Below are positions 45,875-55,715 of a DNA stretch of 64,000 nt, in pieces (position 1 is the stretch's first letter; every line of letters starts with the position of its first letter). Under the pieces are notes generated by a model, which ran no database searches, was not told the DNA's origin, and was given only the letters and a program-made list of their open reading frames with translations. The stretch spans positions 288,001-352,000 of the forward strand of contig CAVTHK010000009.1 in assembly GCA_963734495.1 (NCBI GenBank), read 5' to 3'. This DNA comes from an uncultured Spirochaetota bacterium. GTDB taxonomy: Bacteria; Spirochaetota; Spirochaetia; SZUA-6; CAVTHK01. The position numbers and the translations under genes are program-made.

Positions 45875-45967
45875 GCCGGGCGCGCCCGCGCGGCGGGCCC
45901 GCGGGCCTGCCCCGGCGCGCTATTGTATCCCTATTGATGAGCAGAACCATCAAAAAAGAAGGCACCC

Positions 45968-47335
45968 ATGGGCGAAATTGCATATACCGACGCTCGTGAT
46001 CTGCGCTTCGGCCTGGCCCGCAGGCCCGTCACCCTCCCGAACGGCCTCGCGATCGGCGCGGGCGCGGTGATCCCCGAGATCAACTTCACGCTGCCCGCCG
46101 TCGCGCTCAATGCGACGACCGTGGCCTCGGCCTTCGAGCAGTACGAGCAGATCATCGACGGCGTCTGCGAGCGCGCCGTCGCCCTCGAGCAGCCCGACCT
46201 CGTGGCGGAGCTCGAGCTGCTTCCGCCCATGACCTACGAGCCGGCGTGGGGCGCCGAAGCGGCCCGCCGCGTGCGCGAGGCCCTGCGCCGGTGGGAGAGC
46301 CGCGCCGGGCTGCGCACGGCGCTGCGCATCACGCCCGTCGACATCCGCGAAGACCCGAGCTCCCCGCACATGTGGAAGGGGGAGCACTGGGAGAAGGTGC
46401 TCGAGACCTTCGAGCTTTGCGCCCGCGCCGGCGCGGAGCTGCTCTCGATCGAGAGCATCGGCGGCAAGGACGTGCACGACGCGGCCGTGCTCGAGTGCGA
46501 CCTGCGCAAGTCGCTGTTCGCCCTCGGCGTGCTCGGGATCCGCGACATGGACCGGCTGTGGCGCGCGATCGCGGGCGTGGCTTCGGCCACGGGCAGCCTG
46601 CCGGCGGCGGACACGGCGTGCGGCTTTGCCAACACGGCGATGGTGCTCGCGGACCGCAGGTACATCCCGCGGGTCTTCGCCGCCGTCGTGCGCGTGATTT
46701 CGGCGGTGCGCAGCCTCCAGGCGTTCGAGCGCGGCGCCGTCGGCCCTCACAAGGACTGCGGATACGAGGGAGTCTACGTGAAGGCGCTCACCGGCTGCCC
46801 CATCGCGATGGAGGGCAGGAGCAGCGCGTGCGCCCACCTCTCCCACGTCGGCAACGTGGCAGCCGCCATGGCCGACCTGTGGAGCAACGAGAGCGTGCAG
46901 AACGTCAAGCTCCTCGGCGGCATGGCGCCGACGATCTCGCTCGAGCAGCTCGTCTACGACTGCCGCCTCATGAACGCGGCTTCTCGCCGCGGCGACGGCG
47001 AGGCGCTGCTGCTGCGCGACCTCCTCGTGGAAAGCGACGCGGCGCTCGACCCGCAGGCGTATGTGCTCGCCCCCGACGTGGTGCTGCCGATCGCGACTCG
47101 GATCGCGGCCGAGGCCACGCCGTTCGCCCGCGCGCTGGCCGCGGGCCGCGCCGCAGTCGCTGCGCTCCGCGAGGGCGTGGCCGCGGGCCGCCTCCGCATC
47201 GGCGAGCGCGAAGCGGTGTGGCTCGACACCATGGACGAGCAGCTTGCCTCGGTCGGCGAGGAGGGCGCGTTCACGGACGCGATGGTCGAGGAGTGCCGCG
47301 GCGGCAAGTTCGACCCTCGCAAGTACGACCTGTAG
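45968..47335 (+). CDS. mtaB: Methanol:corrinoid methyltransferase MtaB family protein
   Basis: IGAGAVIPEINF, LSIESIGGK, DTACGFANTAM, GPHKDCGYEG, MEGRSSACAHLS..GN, DLWSNESV; candidate Glu/Cys/Cys zinc ligands present. Confidence 0.88.
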   Translation: MGEIAYTDARDLRFGLARRPVTLPNGLAIGAGAVIPEINFTLPAVALNATTVASAFEQYEQIIDGVCERAVALEQPDLVAELELLPPMTYEPAWGAEAARRVREALRRWESRAGLRTALRITPVDIREDPSSPHMWKGEHWEKVLETFELCARAGAELLSIESIGGKDVHDAAVLECDLRKSLFALGVLGIRDMDRLWRAIAGVASATGSLPAADTACGFANTAMVLADRRYIPRVFAAVVRVISAVRSLQAFERGAVGPHKDCGYEGVYVKALTGCPIAMEGRSSACAHLSHVGNVAAAMADLWSNESVQNVKLLGGMAPTISLEQLVYDCRLMNAASRRGDGEALLLRDLLVESDAALDPQAYVLAPDVVLPIATRIAAEATPFARALAAGRAAVAALREGVAAGRLRIGEREAVWLDTMDEQLASVGEEGAFTDAMVEECRGGKFDPRKYDL

Positions 47336-47337
47336 CT

Positions 47338-47970
47338 CTACTCCCCCTGTGCGACCCATCGCAGGGCGTTGATGATCAGCGCCTGGTACGACGGGTGCAG
47401 CCAGACGTCGACGTTGTGGCCCGCCGTGAGCACGCACACCCGGCCGCGGCCTTCGGTGCGCCTCCAACCGCCAGGCTGCTCGCCGTGGGACGAGCTCGTG
47501 GTGACGAACACGTCCGTCGTGCCTTGACTCATCGCCATGTGATAGTGCTCGTCCCTGAGGGTAAAGGGGACCGCGCCCTTCGTAAGGGGATGTCCCGGCA
47601 GGGGCGCGACCGACACGGGGCACTGCGGCGGATGGTGGACGAACACGCCGCCGAGGAGGGCGCGCAGGGCCGGAGTCTCCAGGTAGTCGGCCGTGCCCGA
47701 GTGCAGCGCCAGCAGCCCGCCGCCCTGCCTGACGTAGTCGACGAATGCCTCTTCGACCTGCGGAGTCATCCAGGCGTCGCGATTCCTCGAGGAGACGTTG
47801 TTCGACTTGGCCAGGACGACCACCGGGAAGAGGCTCATCAGGCGGGACGACCAGGCCCCGGCGTCCTCGACCCACACGAAGTGAAAACCCCGGGCCGCGA
47901 GGTCCTGCAGTCCGCAGCGCGCCACCCCGGCGGGGTGATAGTAATCGTCGCACAGCACCAGAAGGTTCAC
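47338..47970 (-). CDS. ThuA-like (class I GATase-like) domain protein
   Basis: LVLCDDYYH, YVRQGGGLLALHSG, GGVFVHHP, DEHY, GRGRVCVLTAGH. Confidence 0.85.
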   Translation of the reverse strand: MNLLVLCDDYYHPAGVARCGLQDLAARGFHFVWVEDAGAWSSRLMSLFPVVVLAKSNNVSSRNRDAWMTPQVEEAFVDYVRQGGGLLALHSGTADYLETPALRALLGGVFVHHPPQCPVSVAPLPGHPLTKGAVPFTLRDEHYHMAMSQGTTDVFVTTSSSHGEQPGGWRRTEGRGRVCVLTAGHNVDVWLHPSYQALIINALRWVAQGE

Positions 47971-48062
47971 CGCTGCCTCCCGGGGGTTCTATGCCACAAA
48001 ACTCGAGGCAGCGCCAGCGGCGAGGCGCTGACACGCCGCCGCTCGCTCGCTATAACAGGGGC

Positions 48063-48962
48063 ATGCAGAGAACGGGACTGATCGGGGCCGGCCTCATGGG
48101 GAGCGGCATCGCGAAGAACCTGCTCGCGGCGGGCTATCCGCTGGTGGTGCACAAACGGGCCCCCGCGGCGCTCGACGCGAAGTCGGGCGCGCTGCGCGAC
48201 TCGGGCGCGCGCATCACGGGTGACCTGGCAGACGTGTTCCGCTCGTGCGAGCTGTTGCTGCTGTGCCTGCCCAGCTCGATCGAAGTCGAGGAGGTGATCC
48301 TCGGGCCCTCGGGCCTCGCCGCGTCGCGCGGCAGCGCCGTCAAGCAGGTCGTGGACTTCTCCACGGCGCGTCCGGCGTCGACGCGCGCGATCCGCGAGAA
48401 GCTCGCGTCGGCGGGCATCGGGTTTCTCGACGCGCCGATGACCGGAGGCCCCGCGCAGGCCGATCAGGGCGCCCTGAACCTCGCGGTCGGCTGCCGCGCG
48501 GAGGAGGCCCGCGATCTCGCGCCGCTCTTCGCGAAGATCGCGAAGAACGTGGTCTACGCGGGCGCGCCGGGCGCCGGCAACGTGGCCAAGCTGCTCAACA
48601 ACTTCCTCTCGATCCTGGACCGCAGCGCCGCCTCCTGCGCGTCCCTGCTCGCGCAGGACAACGGGATGGACCTGGCCACGGTCAAGGAGTTCATCTCGGT
48701 GAGCGGCGGCTACAGCCGCGGCTTCCAGACGGAGATCGAGTCGATCATCGCCGACCGCTTCCCCCTCGGCTTCGCCCTCGAGCTCGCGCTCAAGGACCTG
48801 CGCTACGCCTCGGAGCTCGCGGCGGCCGGCGGCCGCACGTTCGCCCTGCTCGCCGATCTGCAGGCCTTGTTCGCGGCCGCGACGCAGGCCGGCTACGGCA
48901 AGAGGGACGTGAACGCGGTCTACCAGTACCTCGCGGCCGCGAGCCGCAAGGCTCCCGTGTGA
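48063..48962 (+). CDS. NAD(P)-dependent beta-hydroxyacid dehydrogenase (3-hydroxyisobutyrate dehydrogenase family)
   Basis: GLIGAGLMGSGIA, VDFST, FLDAPMTGGP, KLLNN, LALKDL; promoter CTGACA-17-TATAAC 6 nt upstream of ATG. Confidence 0.92.
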   Translation: MQRTGLIGAGLMGSGIAKNLLAAGYPLVVHKRAPAALDAKSGALRDSGARITGDLADVFRSCELLLLCLPSSIEVEEVILGPSGLAASRGSAVKQVVDFSTARPASTRAIREKLASAGIGFLDAPMTGGPAQADQGALNLAVGCRAEEARDLAPLFAKIAKNVVYAGAPGAGNVAKLLNNFLSILDRSAASCASLLAQDNGMDLATVKEFISVSGGYSRGFQTEIESIIADRFPLGFALELALKDLRYASELAAAGGRTFALLADLQALFAAATQAGYGKRDVNAVYQYLAAASRKAPV

Positions 48963-49552
48963 GGACCGTCGACTGGCGCTTCGACGCGCGGGGCCGCATC
49001 GGCGGCCACGCGCCGGAGCGCGCCGGCGATCCGCGGGTGGTCGAGAGCGAGCACGGGCCCGCGATGCTGTTCGACGGCGTCGATGACGCCCTGTTCCTGC
49101 CCGCGAGCCCGCTCGCGGGGCTGGCCGAGTACACCGTGGAGGTGCTCTTCAGGCCCGATGCCGGCGGCGGAGAGGAGCAGCGCCTCTTCCACGCCGGCAC
49201 GGTCGACGGCGACCGGCTGCTGTTCGAGACGCGGCCGGCCGGCGCGGGCGGCTGGTGCCTGGACGCGTTTCTGCAGTCGGGAGCCGCCTCCGCCGCGCTG
49301 CTGGACCGCACGCGGGCGCATCCCGTCGGCCGCTGGCACTACGCCGCCGCGGTGGCCGGCCCCGGCCGCTTTGCCGCGTACGTCGACGGCGAGCCCGAGC
49401 TTTCCCGCGGTCTACCCGTCGGGCCCGCGCCGGCCGGCCGGGTCTCCCTCGGCTGCAGGCAGAATCGCGTGTCGTGGTTCCGCGGCGCCATCGCCCGCGT
49501 GCGCATCACTCCGGCCGCTCTCGGCCGCGCCGATCTGCTGCGCCTGCCCTGA
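48959..49552 (+). CDS. LamG/concanavalin A-like domain protein
   Basis: FDGVDD, YTVEVLFRP, GRWHYAAAV, AYVDG, FRGAIARVRITPAAL; GTGA overlap with the upstream stop. Confidence 0.8.
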   Translation: MRTVDWRFDARGRIGGHAPERAGDPRVVESEHGPAMLFDGVDDALFLPASPLAGLAEYTVEVLFRPDAGGGEEQRLFHAGTVDGDRLLFETRPAGAGGWCLDAFLQSGAASAALLDRTRAHPVGRWHYAAAVAGPGRFAAYVDGEPELSRGLPVGPAPAGRVSLGCRQNRVSWFRGAIARVRITPAALGRADLLRLP

Positions 49553-49759
49553 CGGGTCAGAGCGCGTCCGGCGGGGTGGGTACCTTCAACCTTATCTGAC
49601 CCAAGATGTCCTAATATGTCCTTGACACTCGGGTGTCCTTGGGTCTGAATTACTCTTGTCGTCCTGCTTTCATTGACAAAGCAGCACATGGTGCAAAGGA
49701 TGGCCCCCCTTTCGGGGGGCTTGGGGCTTGGCGCGGATGCCAAGCCTTAGGGGGATGAC

Positions 49760-50347
49760 ATGAGACTCGTCAGGTTGCTCGGGTTGCTCTTCATGGCGAT
49801 CGCGCTGACTCGCTGCGCGAAAGTCCCCCAGGCCGCGGTCGACGAGGCCAAGGCGGCCCTCGATCAGGCCGTCAAGGCGGAGGCGCCGATCTACGCCGCC
49901 GATGCCTTTGCCAGGGCCGACACGCTGGTCACGAGCATGGAGGCTGAGATGGCGGCGCAGGCCGCGAAATCGGCCTTGTCGCGCTCGTACAGGAGCGTCG
50001 CGGCTCTGGCCGCGCAGGCGGCGGAAGCCGCGAAGCAGGCTTCGGCCGCGGCCGCCGCCGGCAAGGAGCAGGTGAGCGCCGACGTCGCGAGGATGCTCCC
50101 CGAGGTCGAGAAGGCGCTGAACGACGCCGAGTCGATGATCCGGCAGGCCGCCGCGGCCCCGGGTACGAGGCTCGACGTGGCCCAGCTCCGGGCCGAGGTC
50201 GAGGCCGGCAGAAAGGCCCTCGAGGACGCGCGCGCGGCTGCTTCCGGCGCGAAGCCCATGGATGCGAGAAACACGCTGCAGGCGATCTCCGAGATGATCG
50301 CCGCCGCGGGCAGGACCGTCGTTGCGGCGATGAGGGCCCCGCAATAG
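49760..50347 (+). CDS. Hypothetical helical lipoprotein
   Basis: Signal peptide ending ALTRC; Ala-rich coiled-coil body. Confidence 0.7.
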   Translation: MRLVRLLGLLFMAIALTRCAKVPQAAVDEAKAALDQAVKAEAPIYAADAFARADTLVTSMEAEMAAQAAKSALSRSYRSVAALAAQAAEAAKQASAAAAAGKEQVSADVARMLPEVEKALNDAESMIRQAAAAPGTRLDVAQLRAEVEAGRKALEDARAAASGAKPMDARNTLQAISEMIAAAGRTVVAAMRAPQ

Positions 50348-50370
50348 GGGCTCGCGCCGCGCGGGGAGCG

Positions 50371-51039
50371 GTGATGGACCTGAGAGTAACGGACCTGCTG
50401 GACATGCTGAACGTCTCGCGCAAGACGCTCTATCGGTGGATCCGGGCCAGCAAGATCCCCGCCTACCGCCTCAGCGGACAGTACCGGTTCCGCCGCGAAG
50501 AGATCGACCGCTGGATGGGCCGCTCGCGCGTGGCCGCTCCGGACGGCGCGCCCCCGGCGGAGAGCGGCCACGCCGTCCCCATCGCCGAGCTCCTGGCGCG
50601 CGGAGGGATCCATTACCGGCTCGAGGGCCGCTCGATGCCCGAGGCGATCGAGCGCGCCCTCGCGGTGACCACGCTGCCCGCGGGGATCGCCCCCGCGGCG
50701 CTTCTCGAGGCGGTCGTCGAGCGGGAGCGGTTGATGAGCACGGGCGTCGGGCAGGGGATCGCGATCCCGCATCCGAGGCACCCGATGCTCTCGAAGCCGG
50801 AAGAGGAGCGGGTCTCGCTGTGCTTCCTGGAGAACGCCGTCGATTTCGGGGCGCCGGACGGCGTGCCGGTGTCCGCGCTGTTCGTGGTGCTCGGGTACAG
50901 CCTCAAGGGCCAGCTCCGCCTGCTGTCGCTGGTGACGAGCCTCTGCCGGCAGGACGACTTTCTGCGACTGGTGGCGCGGCAGGCTTCGCGCACCGACATC
51001 CTCGACTACATCGGCTCGCGCGACGGAAGGCTGCGATGA
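50371..51039 (+). CDS. Excisionase-type HTH fused to PTS EIIA (Ntr/Fru type)
   Basis: LNVSRKTLYRWIRASKIPAYRLSGQYRFRREEIDRW (HTH_17-like), then ERERLMSTGVGQGIAIPHPR (EIIA phospho-His) and VDFGAPDG. Confidence 0.9.
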   Translation: MMDLRVTDLLDMLNVSRKTLYRWIRASKIPAYRLSGQYRFRREEIDRWMGRSRVAAPDGAPPAESGHAVPIAELLARGGIHYRLEGRSMPEAIERALAVTTLPAGIAPAALLEAVVERERLMSTGVGQGIAIPHPRHPMLSKPEEERVSLCFLENAVDFGAPDGVPVSALFVVLGYSLKGQLRLLSLVTSLCRQDDFLRLVARQASRTDILDYIGSRDGRLR

Positions 51040-51776
51040 GCGTCGCGCGACCCCCCGTGCGCCTGCGGCGCGCCGCGGCGCTCGCCCTGCCCCCGCCGGG
51101 CGCTCTCCTGGCCCGCGCCCTGCTGGCGGGCGTCCTCGGCTTCCTGCTCGTGCAGCCGGCGTTCGCGCTGCTCGTGGCCGGGGCTTCGGTCGCGCTCCGG
51201 GTGGCGGACCCGCCCGTGACCGCGCTGATGCTCTACCGCGCGGCAACCACCGAAGCCCCCGTCAGGCCGATCTCTTTTGTCCGGCTCCGCGGGCTCCCCT
51301 GGCGGGCAGGGGCCATGTTCGTCGCGGTCGAGGACTACACCTTCTACCGGCACCACGGCGTCGACCTGCAGGCGATCCGCGACGCGCAGCGCATCAACAG
51401 GCAGCTCGGCCGCATCTATCACGGCGGCAGCACCATCACCATGCAGGTCGCGCGCACCCTGTTCCTCACGCCCAACCGTACCTATGTGCGCAAATACTTC
51501 GAGGTGATCGCCGCCCTCACGATGGAGACGGTCCTGAGCAAGGAGCGGATCCTCGAGCTCTACGTGAACACGATCGAATTCGGCAGGGGGGTTTACGGAA
51601 TCAGGGCCGCGGCCCTGGCGCATTACGGAAAGACGGACCCCGCGAGGCTCACGACCGACCAGTTCCGCAGGCTGGTCACGATCGTCGCAAGTCCGCTATT
51701 CTACGACGTCGCCACCTTCGCCCGGAAGCGCGCCCTGGCGGAGCGGTACGAGTTCCTCGTGAGCGTGTTCCCTTAA
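51036..51776 (+). CDS. mtgA: Monofunctional peptidoglycan transglycosylase
   Basis: VAVEDYTFYRHHGVD, GGSTITMQVARTLF, RKYFE, KERILELYVNTIEFG. Confidence 0.88.
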   Translation: MSVARPPVRLRRAAALALPPPGALLARALLAGVLGFLLVQPAFALLVAGASVALRVADPPVTALMLYRAATTEAPVRPISFVRLRGLPWRAGAMFVAVEDYTFYRHHGVDLQAIRDAQRINRQLGRIYHGGSTITMQVARTLFLTPNRTYVRKYFEVIAALTMETVLSKERILELYVNTIEFGRGVYGIRAAALAHYGKTDPARLTTDQFRRLVTIVASPLFYDVATFARKRALAERYEFLVSVFP

Positions 51777-51789
51777 AGGGGGTGAGGGA

Positions 51790-52155
51790 ATGAAGGAGGC
51801 CATCGACGAAGTCCTCGCGGCCGAGAAGGAAGCGGCAGCCCTGCTCGAGCAGGCCCGGCGCCGCGCTGACGAGGTCCGCCACGCGGCCGAAGCCGCGGCT
51901 GCGGACGAGGCCAAGGCCGCGCGCGACCGGTCCGCGGAGCGGGTGCGCGCGGCGCTGGAGCGGGCGGAGCAGCAGGCCGCGGAGAGCTTCCGCGCCGCGG
52001 TAGCGGCCGCGGAAGCCGAGGGCGAAGCCGCGCTCGCTTCCAACCGCACGGGGATGGACGCGCTCGTGGAGCAGCTGGTGCAGCTCATCGCGGCGCCGCG
52101 CCACGTGGACGGGCCGCGCGCGCCGCAGGCCCCCGGGTCCTCCCGGAAGGCGTAG
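51790..52155 (+). CDS. V/A-type ATPase peripheral stalk subunit G/H
   Basis: MKEAIDEVLAAEKEA charged coiled coil; first gene of the ATPase cluster. Confidence 0.75.
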   Translation: MKEAIDEVLAAEKEAAALLEQARRRADEVRHAAEAAAADEAKAARDRSAERVRAALERAEQQAAESFRAAVAAAEAEGEAALASNRTGMDALVEQLVQLIAAPRHVDGPRAPQAPGSSRKA

Positions 52156-52156
52156 G

Positions 52157-53221
52157 ATGGCCGGCCGCCTCAGAACCTACGCCTTTATCAACGCGAAGCT
52201 GCGGGCGCGCATCAGCCTCATCGTTCCCGAGTCGTTCTATGACCAGCTCATCCGGGCCCCGGATCTGAACGCGGCGCTTTCGATGGTCCGCGAGACGGCC
52301 TTTCGCGACGCGGTCTCGGCGTACGAGCGGACCGGGGACCTGCGCATGGCGGAGCTGGATCTCTTTGGCCGCGAGGTCACCCTTCACCTGGAGCTCGAGC
52401 GCTACCTCGAAGGCGAGGTGCTGCGGTTCGCCGAGGCGATGGCCGCGCGGTACGAGATCGAGGCGCTCAAGGCGGCGCTGCGGGTCTGGTTCGACCGGGC
52501 GGTCCGCGGCCGCGACACCAGCGCCGCGGGCGGCTACCTGTACCGCGGCAGCGTGCATCACGACCTGGACATCGACCGGCTCCTCGCTGCGGGAAGCGTC
52601 GAGGACGTGGTCGCCGCGCTCGGCGCGAGCCCCTACGCGGCCGCGGTGGAGGCGCACGCGGCGGCCATCACTGCGGGGAGCCTGTTCGAGGCGGAGATCG
52701 CGCTGGACCGCGCCTTCTTCGACCGGCTGCTCTCCGCCGCGAAGTCGCTGTCGCCCGTCGACCGCGAGATCGCCGAGCGGATGACCGCCGTCGAGATCGA
52801 CCTGCTGAACGCGGCCTGGATGGTGCGCTTCCGGGTCGCCTACGACCTTCCCCTGGACCAGGTGCTGCGCTTCCTCATCCCTTCGCGCTCGGGCCTGAGC
52901 CACGAGGAGGTCGCGGCCGCCTACCAGAGCGGCCGGGTCACGGAGCTCGTCTCGGGGCTCGTGAGCCGCCGCTACCCGTCCCTGCAGGTCATGCTGACCG
53001 CGCCGGCCGCGGACGAGCTGGCGCGGCTCGTGCTCATCGAGCGCATCCTGCAGCAGATCATGCTGCACGAGGTCGGCCGGCTCCTCTCGGGCTACCCGTT
53101 CACGATCGGCACCGTCCTCGCGTACGTCACCCTCAAGCGCAACGAGATCCGCACTCTGATGACGATCCTGAACGCGAAGCTCTATGGCCTCTCCCAGGAG
53201 CGGATAAGGGGCGTGCTGTGA
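52157..53221 (+). CDS. atpC: V/A-type ATPase subunit C
   Basis: YAFINAKLRA, EIALDRAFF, EIDLLN, PFTIGTVLAYVTLKRNEI; operon position. Confidence 0.88.
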   Translation: MAGRLRTYAFINAKLRARISLIVPESFYDQLIRAPDLNAALSMVRETAFRDAVSAYERTGDLRMAELDLFGREVTLHLELERYLEGEVLRFAEAMAARYEIEALKAALRVWFDRAVRGRDTSAAGGYLYRGSVHHDLDIDRLLAAGSVEDVVAALGASPYAAAVEAHAAAITAGSLFEAEIALDRAFFDRLLSAAKSLSPVDREIAERMTAVEIDLLNAAWMVRFRVAYDLPLDQVLRFLIPSRSGLSHEEVAAAYQSGRVTELVSGLVSRRYPSLQVMLTAPAADELARLVLIERILQQIMLHEVGRLLSGYPFTIGTVLAYVTLKRNEIRTLMTILNAKLYGLSQERIRGVL

Positions 53222-55238
53222 TTTTCGCGGACCGCATGAAACAGATCGTCGCGGTCGTCCTCGACCGCGATTCGGAGGCCGTCACCCGGGAGCTCCTGCG
53301 CCTCGGCGTGATGCACATGATACGCGCCACCGAAGTGGCGGCGGAGCACGCGTCGGTGCTCGGCGGGGTCAAGCAGGCGGTGTCGTCCGCGACCATCGCC
53401 GAGACGCGCAAGCGGGTCGAGGGCCTGCTGGAGCTGCTCGACGCGCCGCCCGAGGCCTCGGGCGGCCTCGATGTGGACCGCCTGCACGCGGTCGACGCCG
53501 ACGCCGCCAACCGCGAGCTCGAGCGCATCAGCTCGGGCGTCCGCGGCATCCGGGAGCGGCAGCGCGCGCTGCAGCAGGAGATCCTCAGGCTGGAGGAGAT
53601 CGCGCGGCAGGTCGCGCTGTTCCGCGACATCGGCGCCGGCATCCGGGCAGGGTCGCGTTTCTCGTTCCTGAACATCCAGGTCGGCAGCCTGGGGACCGAC
53701 AAGCTCGAGTCGTTCGCGGCCGCGCTGCGGCAGTGGCCGAGCGTGCAGATCAACCTGGAGGCCGACGGGGACCGCACGCGGCTCCTGGTGATCACGCTGC
53801 GCCGCGACGAGGGCCAGATCGACGCCGGTCCTCGACCAGCACGGGTGGCTGGACGGCGAGCTCTCCGACGAAGGCTCGGACCTCAAGAAGCAGGCGCTGG
53901 CGGAGGTCGGCGACCGCCTGGCCGGCCTGCGGCGCGACCAGGAGGCGTGCACGGCGGAGATCCGGACGCTGCTCGGCGGCGAGCGCGAGCAGCCTGCGAG
54001 GAGCTCTGGGCGAACCTGCGCATGACCGAGCTGCACCACCGCATCCAGTCGTACTTCAGCACGACGGTCCGCACGGTGCTCTTTTCCGGATGGGTGCCTG
54101 CCTCGATGCAGCGCTCCCTCGAAAGCGCGGTCCGCCGGGCCGCGGGCGGGATGTGCCTGATCGAGTGGCACGACCCGCGCGCCGGCGAATCGGCGGCGGT
54201 GCCCGTGCGCCTGCACAACCCGAAGTTCCTCGCGCCGTTCCAGATGCTCGTCCAGAACTACGCCACCCCGTCCTACGGGACCGTGGATCCGACGCCGTTT
54301 GTCGCGGTCACCTACCTCATCATGTTCGGGCTCATGTTCGGCGACGCGGGCCAGGGGGCGATCCTGGTGCTGGCGAGCGTGCTCGGCCTGGCCCTGTACA
54401 AGGAAGCGGCCGACGGCGTGAGGAACCTGCTGCGCCTCGGGGCTCTACTGCGGCGCCGCGGCCATGGTGACCGGGATCCTCTTCGGCTCGACGTTCGGCT
54501 TTCCGTGGCCGCCACGCCGTCTGGTTCGACTACCACGCGATCATCGCGGGGCACACGCACGCACTCCGGGTTCGTCCGCGACGTCTACGGCGTCCTCGCC
54601 ATCACGCTCTACTTCGGCATCGCGGTCATCGCGCTCGGCCTCCTGCTCAACTGGGTCAACCTCGTCGTCACCCGGCGCTGGGTCGACCTGTTCCTCAGCA
54701 AGGGCGGCGTGATCGGGAGCTGGCTGTACGGCGCGGGCGTCTACGCGGCGTTCGGCTTCGCGGCGAGCGGCTACCGGGTCCTCCCGCCCGCCGACAGGCT
54801 GTTCTGGATGTTCGGGGTCCCGGCCCTGCTGCTGATGGCCGGACCGCCCATCCATTTCTTCTCCGACCACCGGGCACCGCAGGTTCGGGCCCCTCACCGT
54901 GATCGACCTGGGCATGGAGTGGGTCGTCGAGATGCTGGAGATCTTCAGCGGGTACCTGGCCAACACCCTCTCGTTCATGCGGGTGGCCGGCCTGGGCATC
55001 GCCCACTCCAGCCTGATGATTGCGTTCTTCGAGATCGCGCGTCAGGTCGGCTCCGGGAGGCGCCTGGAGCCCCTGGTCGTGGCTGGTCTTCGTGTTCGGC
55101 AACGTCCTGGTGATCCTGCTCGAAGGCCTGTCGGCGGGCATCCAGTCGTTGAGGTTGAACTACTACGAGTTCTTCTCCAAGTACTTCTCGGGCTCCGGGA
55201 CCGCGTACCTGCCGGTCTCGCTGAGGAGTCGTGAATAG
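53218..55238 (+). CDS. atpI: V/A-type ATPase subunit I (several frameshifts)
   Basis: SGWVP, VDPTPFVAVTYLIMFGLMFGDAGQG, ANTLSFMRV (essential Arg), IQSLRLNYYEFFSKYF spread over shifted frames. Confidence 0.9.
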
Positions 55239-55293
55239 AGGCGATGAAGCGGCCGGGCGCGCTTTCGACGCGGGAGCCGCGAAAGGAAAGGTT

Positions 55294-55662
55294 ATGAAGG
55301 TTGTCACGCAGCATCAATCGGGGTTCCGCAGGCACACGGCCATCTCTATCGTGCTCCTCCTGGCGTTCATGGCGGTGTTCGGGCTGGTGACGGTGACGCG
55401 GCCGTCGGCCCAGGAGACGCGGCGCGACCTCACCACGGAGCAGGCGGAAGTCATGAAGTGGGAGCTGGTGGCCGCGGCCGTGGCGTTCGGGCTCGGGGCC
55501 ATCGGCGCGGGGATCGCCATCGCCAACGTCGGGGCCGCGGCGATGGGCGCCATCGGCGAGAAGCCCGAGATCGCCAGCCAGGCGCTGATCTTTATCGCGC
55601 TCGCCGAAGGGCTCGTGGTGTTCGGCTTTATCACGGCCCTGATGATCCTGGGCAAGGTGTAG
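55294..55662 (+). CDS. atpK: V/A-type ATPase proteolipid subunit K with N-terminal extension
   Basis: GAIGAGIAIANVGAAAMGAIGEKPE...LIFIALAEGLVVFG single hairpin with the conserved Glu. Confidence 0.92.
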   Translation: MKVVTQHQSGFRRHTAISIVLLLAFMAVFGLVTVTRPSAQETRRDLTTEQAEVMKWELVAAAVAFGLGAIGAGIAIANVGAAAMGAIGEKPEIASQALIFIALAEGLVVFGFITALMILGKV

Positions 55663-55715
55663 ATGGGCCGGCGCCTGCCGGGGGCCGGGCGCCGGGCGCG
55701 CAGGGAGCGGCTTTT

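Noticed and set aside
50371..50530. Excisionase-like domain as a sign of a prophage or integrative element
   Set aside because: It is fused to a PTS EIIA domain and no integrase, att site or phage gene is nearby.
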